Shown: in pieces, positions 14,319-27,139 of the stretch
How positions within the stretch are numbered: position 1 is the stretch's first letter
How the letters are laid out: each line of letters opens with the position of its first letter
Source: Eledone cirrhosa
Taxonomy: Eukaryota
Direction of reading: 5' to 3'
DNA length: 64,000 nucleotides
NCBI GenBank assembly: GCA_964016885.1
Contig: OZ024743.1
Coordinates: forward strand, 298,964,001 to 299,028,000
Notes under the pieces: model-generated
Database searches by the model: none
The model's input: the letters and a program-made list of their open reading frames with translations, nothing else
Told to the model about the DNA's origin: nothing
Program-made: the position numbers and the translations under genes

Positions 14319-14639
14319 ATGTGTGTGTGTGTGTGTGTGCGTGTGTGTGTGTGCGCGTTCTTGCTTTTGTTCAGTAACGTCGCAGTTTGGTAAATAAAGA
14401 TAGATAATATGTAATAGATTCAAAGAAGTAGAGGTATCCATATGATAGATAAGTAAAAGGATCGTTATGATCACTGAAACTGTTTAAGACATTGACCCTA
14501 TAAACTGCAAGTCAGTTGAATGACCGAAACCAAATCAGGGAAATATCCAATTGATTTTATTGTTATTATTTATTTGCTTTATCGATTGTATGTATATATG
14601 GATCAAATATATCACTGCATCTCACCACCCTTAAACACG

Positions 14640-15180
14640 AGCAGCACATCATTAGAATACTCGTGTTCACTCCAAACCCTAGGCCTTGTATTTACTAAAA
14701 GTCTCCGATGACTAACGAATATCCTTATCATAGCTATAACTGCATCATCTAACATTGTTCAGAGGCAAAAATACTTCGGCATCTTCAGAGGCAGAAACTA
14801 CTTCGGCCCCAACGACTTCAGTCTCTCTGCAATTTTAAGATAAAACCCACAATGGTCTTGTGTTCCCATATTTGGGACACTGCTGCGGTCAGACTTATAT
14901 CATAGACCACATTCAGAAAAATGCCACTCGTCTTATTGGTATAATGTCACCGACAAAATTCAATCTCTGGCCACCTTCACTCAGGTCTTCCTGCCTTACT
15001 ATCTTCTCTTCCTCTCATCACTCATATTGTGTGCAACACCCCAGATCCCGGAATAATCACTACACACAGGTCTTACTCTCAGAATATCATCCCTCAGTAA
15101 TAATTCCCTGAATATATCTGTTATCCAGGAGTGAACTTGCAGCAATTTAAACTGAATATGAATAGTTTCAATCTCATGAG
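14640..15180 (+). pseudogene. Decayed CR1/L2-like LINE ORF2 C-terminal remnant
   Basis: IIDHIQKNATRLIG resembles the LE.IQRRATRLI motif; many stops. Confidence 0.45.
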
Positions 15181-15234
15181 TCTCAGAAAACATTCAAAAC
15201 TCATGAGCAAGTCCGTCCTTCTAGAATTAGAATG

Positions 15235-15410
15235 TTTCCTGATTTAGGCACAAGGCCAACAATTCTTGAGAGAGGGAGAAGTCGATTAAATTGACCCCAG
15301 TGCATTACTTGTGTTATATTTTATCAACCCCGTAAGGCTAACCTCGACGGAATTTGAACTTAGAGCGGAAAATATGTTTGACGCTCTACCGATTCAACCA
15401 ACCCACCACA
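15235..15410 (-). mobile_element. SINE copy (dominant family)
   Basis: ttaggcacaaggccaac..ttatcaaccccgtaagg..aacctcgacggaatttgaact. Confidence 0.75.
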
Positions 15411-16479
15411 CTAGAATTAGCATATAATAAAAAAAACAACATAACACGTCACCAGTCACTACCACACCAATGTATAACAAACTATACAAACACATCACCA
15501 CCTCACAACTTTCGACACATCACCACATCAACACACAACGCACCATCACCATTACACCACTGTATTTTCACACCACTACCACTACCATTAACATTATCAC
15601 TCATCACACCATCACTTCTACAACAACAGTGACATCATCAGTCTCAACGGTCATACATATGGTCTTTTTATTTTTAATGAAATAGCTTTTTTGATGGACG
15701 ATAACTTGTTTAAATGGCAACTAAAGAAAATGATCGAAATTATTGAGAGAGAGTGAGCGAGAGCGTGAGAGAGTCAGAAAGAGGGTGAGATAAAAAGAGA
15801 AAGATAAAATACATAGATATATAGAATGAGAAAATTAAAGCGAAAATAATATACGTATGCATGAATATATAAATAGCAACTCAAATACGCATTGATATAG
15901 ACATACTTAAATGTGTGGCATTGCAAAACATTATGGTCTAAGAAAACTGCTCTCTTACTCTTCCTCACATTTCGTCTTTCTTATTTATGATATGAATTTA
16001 GATCGATACAATACTAAATGCATAGAAGCATCCACGATCATATCGCTCACGGAACATGCTCTATAATAACAGATGTGGAAACTTGAATGAGAGCGAACTG
16101 ATAACGATACGGTCATGGAGTGATCATATCCTTAAAGAAATTGAACAATGGAAATGTTAAAAAAACTTATATTTCAAACGCCCGGAACGTACGGCTTTGA
16201 TCCAGCCAAAAAATTGCAAATTACAAATACTAAAAGTTGCTAATTAACAATTAGGATTTCACCAGCGGGCTAGTCTAAAGAACAAGCAAGTGAAACTCCA
16301 AGTTTTCTCCACATCCATATACTCTTTACTCTTTTACTCCGTTATCTGCTCCAACCGACATGCTGAGATTATGCTGAGGTACTGCCATTGTCGCTAAACT
16401 TTCTATAGCTCGCCTTTCTCAGTTGATAATTGATGTGAGAGAATGTGTCGCTTCTGACCTTGTATGTACTTTCTCTTAT

Positions 16480-17800
16480 GATGTAGGTTCATCTGGGAGT
16501 TTGGTTAGCTGAATGTTGAGATACATCTTTGAAACATTTATTTCTACACCATATAGATTTACCAGGTTTTTTGGCAGGTTATTAAAAAGGTGGGTGCCTT
16601 TGAACCAACAACCAGGTTCCGTGTTCATTACGACTCGCGGATTTCGATTCATCCTGGTCTAGTGTAACTTTGTATTTGTTCGTTGATAACGGAGTCCTTG
16701 ACATTTTCCGGTAACAAACGCCATATTCTTGTCCTCAGGTAATTCGTAGAGAGTACTATCAGCTGGATTCTTGATTGATCGTGCTACTTTCGTGTTATCA
16801 GAGTAGGTTGCGAGGGAGACTGTCTGTACATTGGAAGATATGCCTGAGAGAGCCACCACAACCAGCAATGGTTTCAAGACAGTTTCTTCTAATACAACAT
16901 TTGTTAGCAATGTTTCCTTTGAGATGGCCATTCACCTAATTTTCCAACTATGCTGAAGCTACGTCATTTGTGACATATTATTCCATGATCAACCTTGTGG
17001 AAGGCATTCGCAAATTCGAGATATATCTTATCTATCTTTGATCTATCAAGCAGCTGTTTCAGTACATAGTCACAACGCTGTAAACGCTGTGTAAGTCATG
17101 CTGGGTGTAAGTTAATAAGCTCTTTTCCTCTAGGAACGTGATCAGTTTTCTTCTGACTATTCGTTCCATGTCTTAGTCGAAATATGAGGTCAGGGAGATA
17201 GGCCTGTAGTTTTAAGCATCTGCTCTGTTTCCTTCTTTACGGATAGGGCATATTATGCCTTCTTTTAGGTCTTCGGGTAGTTTACCATATGCAACGGAAC
17301 TTTGGAAAAGGATCTGAAGTGGATTTGCTAAGGTTCATTTGTATGATTTTAGGAGGATTGCTGGAAATCCACCAGCGCCACCAGCTGAAGTTTGTCTCAT
17401 TTCATCTATGGTTGATATTACATCTTCCTCTTTCATATCTATATAGCTGATGGTTGCCACCTCTCCGTGTGTTGCTTACTTATTTGCCTGTGCCTTAGTT
17501 GGCGTTGAAAAAGACTTTTATATTGCTCATTAGCACATTACTTATTTCTTGGTATTCTGAGGTCAGTGAGCCATTTTTATAGAATATTGTCTTTATCCTC
17601 TAGTGTACGGAGGTAGTCTATTTTGTGAATTTAAAGAAGACCGTAGGGTTTGGTTTTATACTTTGTATAGCCCTGGCTTTTTTTCTGCCTTCTCCTTTTC
17701 ACGGATGTGTCTGAGTTCAGTTTTAATTTCAAACAGAATCTGCTTCAAATGGGATTCGTTCTTGTATTTTAGTTGTATATGTAGCCGATTTAAGATCTTT
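16480..17800 (-). pseudogene. Decayed CR1/L2-like LINE RT fragment
   Basis: Minus-strand SAGGAGGFPAILLK (degenerate AAGPDG motif) near 17350-17390; TVLKPLL..ATYSDNTKV (degenerate YADDTK) in ORF 16659-16931. Confidence 0.65.
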
Positions 17801-18583
17801 GTTCTTCATCTCATAAGGATTCTTTTGTCTCTGAAAGCAATATTTTTGTGTCTGTTGGCCTTTTTTTTCGGAGTAAACGTAAAGCATATGGTTTGTATTG
17901 TTGACATATTGTTGACGTCTCAGAACAGACACAATGTCCAGACAAATTATAGAAGCAATACAAATAATAAAGATTAGACGAAACCTTAACAGAAAACACG
18001 AATTAAATAGTAACATCACCATACAATCTAACGACTGAGGAGAGAAGGGGGCATATGAAACCATAGGAAGATACAAACAAAGTAAAATATAAACTCATAT
18101 ACGCACACAAGATACATACATATGCCAAATACAAAGACACAACAAAGGCATACACGAAAACGCATACGCAGTCAAGAAAACATACCACAGAAATAAGAGA
18201 TGGAATAGACAAAATAAGAGCAATAAGAGGAGGCACAGAGGGGAACTTATAGTTATTGAAGAGTCACAGAATGTGTGACGAAAGAAATTTGCCGAACTAA
18301 CTAATAACTAATAATATAATTGAAGTGAAAATCAAATAGTGCGTGCGTTTTTAATGGAAATATTGGCAACATGACAACCCTCCGCTTGTAACTGCTGGAC
18401 AAACAGACGAGAATATATAGTTTTCTCGTCTGTGTAAATGAGGTGATTAATCTCATTTGCATAAGAAGCTGCATCATTTGACTCAACTTATAATAGAATA
18501 GAAATAGGATTTCGCTTCAAGCATAGTTTTATACAGATAGCCTGAAATGCATAGACGGTTGTCCCCCTTGCTTCTGCTGGACA

Positions 18584-18597
18584 CCACCAGAGGGCGT
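18584..18597 (+). promoter_or_regulatory. CTCF-like binding motif
   Basis: CCACCAGAGGGCGT matches the bilaterian CTCF core consensus; sits in a short GC-rich patch. Motif match only. Confidence 0.35.
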
Positions 18598-18753
18598 TGG
18601 CCCCCGGTGTTTGCATAGCTATGGCTTCCTAATTGTTTCCTGTAAACATACCGTGTTTTTTTAGAAATACGAAATTTCTATACTTCTCTCTCCCCCTCTC
18701 TCTCTCTCTATATATACACCCCCCCTTCCACACACACACACACACACACACAC

Positions 18754-18828
<75 letters not shown>

Positions 18829-18862
18829 AATAAAAATGAAGGATTAGAAATAGAAGCCAGGA

Positions 18863-18968
18863 CTATCCATCATCAGTGGTCTACTAGCCATCATAGGTAT
18901 TTCTTCGCATTAAAGACCAGATACCTCAGGCTAGCGCGAACAATAACTAAAGTAAGTTATTGGGATAA
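18863..18968 (-). ncRNA. Candidate non-circularly permuted hammerhead ribozyme (copy B, most complete)
   Basis: Minus strand: TTATCC-CAATAACT..AGTTATTG-TTCGCG-CTAGCC-tga-GGTATC^TGGTCT-ttaa-TGCGAA-GAAATACC-tatgat-GGCTAG-t-AGACCA-CTGATGA-t-GGATAG; each capitalised stem block has a complementary partner. Confidence 0.65.
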
Positions 18969-19202
18969 AAAGAATTGTGTGGAGAAAGAGAGACAGGTAA
19001 GCAAACACGAATGGTGACGCAACGTAATGAGAGGAAAATTCTTACTTTTCGCACGATTAAGATGTGTCTTTCGTCTTCTCGTCAATATTCGCAAGTTCTT
19101 ATGTTCAAATGAATCATTGACTTGATTTTATCATTTTTTCTCTCTTTACGTTGCGTCACCATTCGTGTTTGTTTACCTCTCTCTCTTTCTCCACCAAATT
19201 CT

Positions 19203-19284
19203 TTTTATCCCAATAACTCAGGTATCTGGTCTTTAATGCGAAGAAATACCTATGATGGCTAGTAGACCACTGATGATGGATAAA
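19203..19284 (+). ncRNA. Inverted, internally deleted duplicate of permuted HHR copy B
   Basis: GGTATC 19221-19226, TGGTCT, GAAATACC 19243-19250, AGACCA, CTGATGA 19270-19276 retained; upstream TTCGCG-CTAGCC strands deleted. Confidence 0.5.
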
Positions 19285-19341
19285 CCTGGCTTCATTTTTA
19301 TTTGTATATCATATTTGCAACAACACAGCACGCCATGTTTC

Positions 19342-19377
<36 letters not shown>

Positions 19378-19387
19378 GTTATGGCTA

Positions 19388-19429
19388 AATAGTGAGTCTT
19401 GTTACTCTGGAGTAACAAGACTCACTATT
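19388..19429. repeat. Perfect 20-bp-arm palindrome made from the 3' half of the HHR family at 23829-23878
   Basis: aatagtgagtcttgttactc-tg-gagtaacaagactcactatt; the arm matches gagtaacaagactcact at 23868-23884. Confidence 0.9.
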
Positions 19430-19439
19430 GCCAGATTAT

Positions 19440-19501
<62 letters not shown>

Positions 19502-19921
19502 ATGATATATATACCCCAAAACAATATATCATTTCATGTATACCATAGAAAATGTATATGTGTACTGGTGTTTTATTGTGTGAGTGTTAGTTCGTTGCGT
19601 TTTCTGTTCAATCAGAGTTATAATTCAATAATTCTAATGTCAAAATATAAAGATTATGATCATTTTGAACTCAATCGGATCACGTATTCCGTGGGATAGG
19701 ATGATACAAAGAAAGACAGTAAGAAGGAAGGAGAGAAAGGAAGTAGAGACGATTGATCGATTAATAAGTAAGAAAATATAAGAACGAAAAAAAAACAAAA
19801 ACAAAAAAAAACGATGTAACTGACAAGTGTAGAGACAGGAGAAACAAGATAATGAACTGAGTAGTTGGCTGGAGAAATAGTAGGGAATATGTGGATAGGA
19901 AATGAATAAATAAATAAATAA

Positions 19922-19953
<32 letters not shown>

Positions 19954-20195
19954 CTGTGTGTATATATATATATATATATTATGTATATACACATACACAC
20001 ACACATATATTCATGCTTATATATATATATTATGTATATACACATACACGCACACCCACATATGTATTCATGCTTATATATATATATATATAAGCATGAA
20101 TATATATGTGTGTGTGTGTGTATGTGTATATACATAATATATATATATATGTGTGTGTGTGAGTGTGTATATATATATATATAATATATATATAT

Positions 20196-20274
<79 letters not shown>

Positions 20275-20464
20275 TTATTTATATATACTTATATATATAT
20301 ATATACTTATTTATACACACACACACACACATATATATATATATTCATGCTTATATATAGATATGTGTGTGTGTGTGTATACAAAAAGTAAACGAAAGCA
20401 CCAAAGCAAACAATACAGTCGAACGAAAGAATATGTTAGTTTAAATCTTGATATAGTTGAGAAA

Positions 20465-20506
20465 GAATCTTAATGTTTCTGATACTAGCCTTTCATCAGA
20501 GGATAC
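20465..20506 (-). ncRNA. Degenerate minimal type I HHR
   Basis: Minus strand: GTATCCT-CTGATGA-aaggctagtatca-GAAA-ca-TT^AAGATTC; core intact, helices II and III eroded. Confidence 0.4.
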
Positions 20507-20790
20507 AATGAGAACTAAAAGAAATAGAATGATAGATATTGCGAAGCAGAAGGCAGGAATAACATGTTTTGGAGAAAAAGAACATATGTGTTCAGGCAGC
20601 CATGAGAGAATGATGAAGAGAGAAAGAATAAGTTAAGGTTAATGCTTGTGTTTTTACACAGATAAGAAAAACGAGCACTTACGTAAAGGAGGACTCAATA
20701 CGTGCGCAGCATCTAATATTTTTAAATCCTTGACAGTGTCTTCGAAATTAAGTCTTATTGAAATGTTTGAATATGCGACCGTTGCTGAAA

Positions 20791-20887
<97 letters not shown>

Positions 20888-21039
20888 CACACACACAGAC
20901 GTGGAGTCGGCGCGCCGTAGGGCATTTTAAAGCCTGGCGGAGCCCATCACACTCCAGGTCTTAACAGAGCAGATTTCCTCCAGGCAAGTATGGAAATGAG
21001 AGAGAGGAAGTGAGAAAGGGATATAGAAAGATAATCTAA

Positions 21040-21155
21040 CACAGGACTAGAATGGTTATAGCGGATGAAAGGCAAAGTTGACCTCGGTGGGATTTAAACT
21101 CAGAGAGCCGATGCGAATACCGCAAAGCATTCTATCCGACGTTCTAACGAATCTG

Positions 21156-21160
<5 letters not shown>
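21040..21160 (-). mobile_element. SINE fragment (dominant family)
   Basis: ggatgaaaggcaaagttgacctcggtgggatttaaactcag. Confidence 0.75.
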
Positions 21161-21237
<77 letters not shown>

Positions 21238-21684
21238 ATATATGTATATATGTATATATGTTTGTATGTATGTATGTATGTACGTATGTATGTATGTACG
21301 TATGCATGTGTATGTGTGTGTTTATGTGTGTGTGAAAGTTAGATATAAACTTTTTACTTCATACTAACTAATGATTTCTTAATGTATTTCAGTCCGACAT
21401 CAGACAACATTAGATGCGGGAACCTAGCAAACCAGATAGCCTTAAGTGTCAGACTTCAATTCGCCATATTTCAAACACATCACTCTTTACTTTATTACCT
21501 TATTTTATCTTGTGCTTCATTTGCTATATATTGTCGTTTATTTTTCTTTGTTTCTTTTTCCCTTTTTTGTTTTATCGGAAACGAATATACGGCGTATATA
21601 TTTTTTCTGTCAAAAAATGTTTCTTTTTCTATGAAGGCACGTAGCATAGTGGTTAATGTTGTTTGTGTGTTAGGTTAGTTGATT

Positions 21685-21810
21685 AAATTGTTTCTACTTT
21701 TGGCACAAGGCCAGCAATTACTCAGTACATTACCGGTACTTCATTTTATCGACCCCGTAAGGATGAAACCAAAATTAACTTCGGCAGGATTTGAACTCAG
21801 ACCATAAAGG
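21685..21810 (-). mobile_element. SINE copy (dominant family)
   Basis: tttctacttttggcacaaggccagcaatt..tatcgaccccgtaaggatgaaa..ggatttgaactcag. Confidence 0.8.
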
Positions 21811-21984
21811 GCCAAATTAAAACATGTATGTTACAAGTAACTATTTTATAGAGACCAAATGGAAAGATTGTCAAAGTCAATCTTATGAAAATTTAAACTT
21901 AGAATAAAACGAATTAGTTAAAAGAATTGTATATATATATATTTACACACACACACGCGTATATACACATATACACACATATGT

Positions 21985-22110
21985 GTCTGAGTGGGTAAAG
22001 AATTGAATTTGCATTCTTGAGATTGTGAGTTCGATTCCTGAACCAGGCGATGCGTTATGTCCTTGGGAGAGACACTCTATTTCACGTTGCTCCTTCTACC
22101 TGGAGTTGCA
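21985..22110 (+). mobile_element. tRNA/CORE-like SINE fragment
   Basis: B box gagttcgattcc, then gcgttatgtccttgggagagacact..ttcacgttgctcc. Confidence 0.6.
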
Positions 22111-22249
22111 ACCGATAGATAGTATTAGCAATTGGAAGGTCAAATGGAAACATTGTTTCCTCGGTCCGATTTGATGAAAGTCGATCGAGCGTTGATATAT
22201 ACATAAAAGCATCTATATATTTATTCATCTATTCACATACGTATATATT

Positions 22250-22390
22250 TGTTTCTAGTTTAAGCACAAGGCCAGCAATTGTCCAGTACATTACTGGTAC
22301 TTTATTTTATCGACCCCGTAAGGATGAAAGGCAAAGTTAACCTCGGCGGGATTTGAACTCAGACTGTAAAGGGACGTAACTATGCTAGAA
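22250..22390 (-). mobile_element. SINE copy (dominant family)
   Basis: Near-identical to 11855-11990. Confidence 0.85.
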
Positions 22391-23334
22391 TATATACACA
22401 TACGTATATATTGTTCACAACTCTGCACATCCATACATGTGTATATAAAATGTAGAAATATTAAAGCTGAAAACAAACAAACAAAAAAGAATTCTAGCTA
22501 TCTATCTCTCTTTTGATAACAGTCCGATCACCAGGTCTTGGTGTACCGCTTCTTGAGGAATTAGCTGGATTTTCTACCTTATTCAACCATTTCTTGCATC
22601 ATATTATTGAACATGCGTCCTTTCACATTACGCACACATACTGACACAGGCACAGCGAGAGAGGGAGAGAGAGAGAGAGGGAGAGAGATAGAGAGAGAGA
22701 GAGAGGGAGAGATCGAGAGAGATCGAGAGAGAGGGAGAGAAAGACAGACAGACCTGCATACTCTATGACATCTTTATTTACATGTACGTATTGCACATAT
22801 TCAATACACTTGAATTGAACATAAAATCACATGGGCGTAGGCATGCACAAGCATAGATTTCGACAAAAACATATAAAAACATTTAGATACCCGCAAATAC
22901 TCTAGATACCCGCAGATAACTACATATATATGTGTACATTGATTCACTCACACATACATACTACGTCTGATACACATACACTTAGACACCTACAAGCATA
23001 CACGTACACACACACACACACACACATACACACACAGACACAGACGCACACATACACACACACACACACACAACACATCCATATATACATTCACTCACAT
23101 TTAGATTGACACACGCGTTCATACAGGCATACATACATACATTGAACTGAGGGAATCACTCACGATGCATCTCAATTACACTCATACAACAACATCATTG
23201 GTAGAAATAGATGCTCTGACACTGCTATTGCCTCGTCATGCAAGAAAACCTACACCCTACACTCATATCGAATTCTCACCCCTGATGAGCTCACTTTTTA
23301 CCAACCTATTCTCTCTCGTAACTCACTATCATTC

Positions 23335-23372
23335 TTTTTCTGATGAAGGACTAACGTTCGATACGTTGAAGA
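23335..23372 (+). ncRNA. Minimal type I HHR with one core mutation (GAAA to GATA)
   Basis: TTTTT-CTGATGA-A-GGAC-taac-GTTC-GATA-CG-TT^GAAGA; typical PLE terminal-repeat layout. Confidence 0.55.
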
Positions 23373-23639
23373 CATTTCGTTCTCCAGTTCATACAAATGT
23401 GAACATAACGCTTTTTGCATTCGTCCCCCGTGTTTGTTTTTTACTGTCTCTTCTTTTTGATATTGTACTATAAATTTCTATGGCCAAATTTCTTTTTTCT
23501 ATGGCTACACCCAGGATGACCCTTTATGTCCCCTCCCTCGCACTGCCACCACCATCCTGCCCATCCTATCATAATTACCCATTCCTTTCTCTAGGGTCGG
23601 GCGACATGCTTTGACGCATAGAGTTACGACCCTTGCCAT

Positions 23640-23765
23640 TCTGAGATGAAATCCCGCCGAGGTTAACTTTGCCTTTCATCCTTACGGGGTCGATAAAATA
23701 AAGTACCAGTAATGCACTGGATAATTGCTGGCTTTGGGCCAAAATTAGAAACAATTATTATTACC
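23640..23765 (+). mobile_element. SINE copy (dominant family)
   Basis: aaatcccgccgaggttaactttgcctttcatccttacggggtcgataaaataaagtaccag with (att)n tail. Confidence 0.85.
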
Positions 23766-23828
23766 TTCTTCCTCCATCCGAAGTCTTCCTTATATATATA
23801 TACCGTGGTCTGCTACCGAAACGTTAGT

Positions 23829-23878
23829 TCTTGTCTGATGATCCTCTGATAAACAGGCGAAACTCCAGAGTAACAAGA
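23829..23878 (+). ncRNA. Minimal type I hammerhead ribozyme
   Basis: TCTTGT-CTGATGA-t-CCT..AGG-c-GAAA-CTCCAGAG-TA^ACAAGA; perfect 6-bp helix I, GUA triplet, near-palindromic helix III. Confidence 0.88.
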
Positions 23879-23904
23879 CTCACTTTCTATTCTTAATAAT
23901 ATTG

Positions 23905-23957
<53 letters not shown>

Positions 23958-23970
23958 TATATATATATAT

Positions 23971-24151
23971 ACTCGAATTATACTTGTCTTGTTTTATATG
24001 CGTTGTATTTTAACCCGAGTCTTTTTCCTTTATTATTGTCTTAGCACCCGAATCTACACACACACACCCATACACACACAGACGAGCGCGCGCGCACACA
24101 CACACACACATACACATATACACACCTCACACACACACATATATATATATA

Positions 24152-24182
<31 letters not shown>

Positions 24183-24207
24183 CATACATATATATATATA
24201 TATACAT

Positions 24208-24252
<45 letters not shown>

Positions 24253-24338
24253 TCGGGTGCTAAGACAATAATAAAGGAAAAGACCGCCACTCGGGTTAAA
24301 AATACAACGGATATAAAACAAGACAAGTATAATTCGAG
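23971..24338. repeat. Inverted repeat enclosing (CA)n-(TA)n-(TG)n
   Basis: About 90-bp arms 23971-24060 and 24244-24338 are reverse complements with small indels. Confidence 0.9.
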
Positions 24339-24746
24339 TTCTTTCATTTCACTGGACAGAGAAATACAAGGAAAATGTACGTACCGATACGGAACAAGAA
24401 AGCTCTTTATCCAAAACACTGGGAAAACGCGACCAATAAATATGTAGATAGGTAATCATATAGGAAAGGAAAATTTCGTTAGAAAATAGTTCGAGCGATA
24501 ACACTTGAACTAATAATAAGAGACAAAGCAAGGGGAATTGACCACTTCAATAGTCAGGTTACAAAAAGTCATAATGAGTTGCATGATGCGAAGTTTGAAA
24601 GACAGCAAGCAAAAACAGAAAGAGAAAGAGAAACAGCAGGACAGAAAGAGAAGAACAAAGTGTGGTCACAACAGTAGAAGAGAACACAGAAGTACGAGAG
24701 CGATATATATATATATACATAAAATCAAGGGAATGTAAATATATAA

Positions 24747-24837
<91 letters not shown>

Positions 24838-25611
24838 CGATGCAGAGATTGACAACAGTAATAATCAAGATGTTTTAGTATCAAATTAGGTTGCGTAGGT
24901 GCCGATAGTTATGTAAGCACAACATTAAGACATGGGCCAAACAAAGGACACTGGAAACATGAAGAAGACGGACACTCAGAGATTTCTTGCTCATTATATT
25001 CGCTCCCATAAAGAGGCTGGTCGAGTTCTTCACTTAGACTGAGAAGAAACAGTTCAAAGCCAGTCAGGGTGCCGTCAACCGGAACGAAGTGGGCCCTCCG
25101 TTGGGATTTTACTAGTTACTATACCCACGTTTTACCTAAGGCCACTGTTCAACTGAGTACTCGATACTTAGGATAGTAGAGTGGAAATATAGACTCTGAA
25201 ATTTTCTGTCGGGCCCTAGCAATCTACTATACACATGTGCGTGCGTGAGTGTATTTATATATTTATTTGTTTATTCTAGGGTTAATATAAACCAAAACCT
25301 TCGTCAATATTGGATAATATAAACATTGGATGATATTCTTGCATGCATTATATATTAGTATATACTAGAAAATAGTAGCAATATGGAATAAATTATATGG
25401 TATATGATAAATATATTCATGGATTCAAGTGAAGAAATTAATTACAATTTTGCGTTTACGATAACTCGCGAGGGAAAATTGAAGCCATTCTGAACAAAAG
25501 AGGATTTTTAGTTGAAGACGAAATATTAAATATGAAATATATCAAATATTCTGATGCCTGTATAAATTATTTTGAATAGGAATATTAAAGCTGAAACCAA
25601 ATAAAAAAGAA

Positions 25612-25706
<95 letters not shown>

Positions 25707-25707
<1 letters not shown>

Positions 25708-26915
25708 GCGCGCTCTTCCAATTCCTTTGGAAGAAACGGGCTCCTTTGGTGAGAAGATCCATCTGCTGCCAACACCCTTCAAACAGAGGGCTGGGGATGT
25801 CGAGGCTGACGATGCGCAAACACGCGCTCCGGCTGCGGCACCTCCACGTATTCCTCACCAGAAAACCGGTGTGGGCCCCGTTCGTGAGGCGAGCCTTTCC
25901 ACGACTCGTCTAACTGATCGAGCTGTAGACCTGGGTCAAGCAAAGACCGAGGAAAATGGGCTACTGGGATATAGAATGTGCTCAGGCGCTCACATTCCTC
26001 TGGCAAACGGACCCGGCGCTCAGTGGAGACTCCATTTCGACATTCTATAGAGGGTTGGTCCGCAGCAAGTGCGACGACACGCTCGGAGAAACTCTGGGCG
26101 TAGAGGAGGACGAACTGGCCAGTCTCTTCGGTAGGACATTCCGCCCGGGACCAATAGACAACTTCCAAAAGTCCCTGGCATGGCAGTGCTACCGAGGAGC
26201 TCTATCAGTTCGAGACAAGCTCTACAGATACGGGCGCCCGGGTAGGGACCCTTCGAAAAAGATCTGTCCGAGATGCGTGCGCGACGCGGAAACCGTCGCA
26301 CACGCATTTGTACACTGCCCGGGCGTTACCGACCTGTGGGGCTATGTAGAACGACTATTGTCGTGGGTGGGACCAATCCAGTTGACCACCGAGTCCATTG
26401 TCATGATCAAACCGCCACCCTCCTTCAAAAACGAGGGAGAGGCGGTTTTCCTATGTGTTATGGCTATGGTGAAAGAGGTTATAAGGTGTACGAGGTTAAA
26501 AGATCTGAGGTCAGACACCTTTCTCTCCGGCGAGCAACTGATTCGTTTTTACAAATATCATTTTGGAAGAAGAATCAGGATGGAGAGAGAGGTGCTGTAC
26601 TCCAGCAAATTTTATAAAAGGTGGGTGAATGTGGCAAAGATGGCCCGAGTCGTTGTGCCTTCTCTCTATATAAGCCTGTAGGTTGAGGAAAAAGAGGAAG
26701 AGAGGAAGGGAGTACTCATTCTTGGTGCTCCTGGAGATGAGGGTTGTACATTTTTGCGGGGTGTGTACAACCTCTGTGTAACACCTCCCCCCCTATTGGG
26801 GATTTCAATTGTTATTTGTTATTGTATTAATAGTTTTACTTTCATATACCTAGATGTAAACTCCCCCTTTGTATTTGTCCCCTTCTTTTGTGCCCCTGTG
26901 GCTAATAAAGAAATA
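25707..26915 (+). mobile_element. L1/Tx1-like LINE 3' fragment inserted in (TATC)n
   Basis: ORF 25956-26681 with zf-RVT-like LAWQCYRGALSVRDKL and CCHC knuckle CPRC..ETVAHAFVHC; 3' UTR with AATAAA; (TATC)n at 25612-25706 and TATC/TACC repeats from 26916. Confidence 0.85.
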
Positions 26916-27102
26916 TATCTATCTACCTATCTATCTACCCACCCACCCACCTATCTACTAACCTTTCTACCTACCTACCTACCTACCTACCTACCTATCT
27001 ATCTATATCTATCCATCCGTCCATGTACCTTTGTGTAGACATTAACATCTTATTTTGTTAATGGTGATAACATACATATGCTATCGCCATAAATTGTTTG
27101 AA

Positions 27103-27139
<37 letters not shown>

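Larger units (their letters stand above)
18850..19293. repeat. Inverted repeat (arms about 18850-19036 and 19136-19293) between (TA)n tracts
   Basis: Arms are diverged reverse complements; the right arm lacks about 28 nt. Confidence 0.92.
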
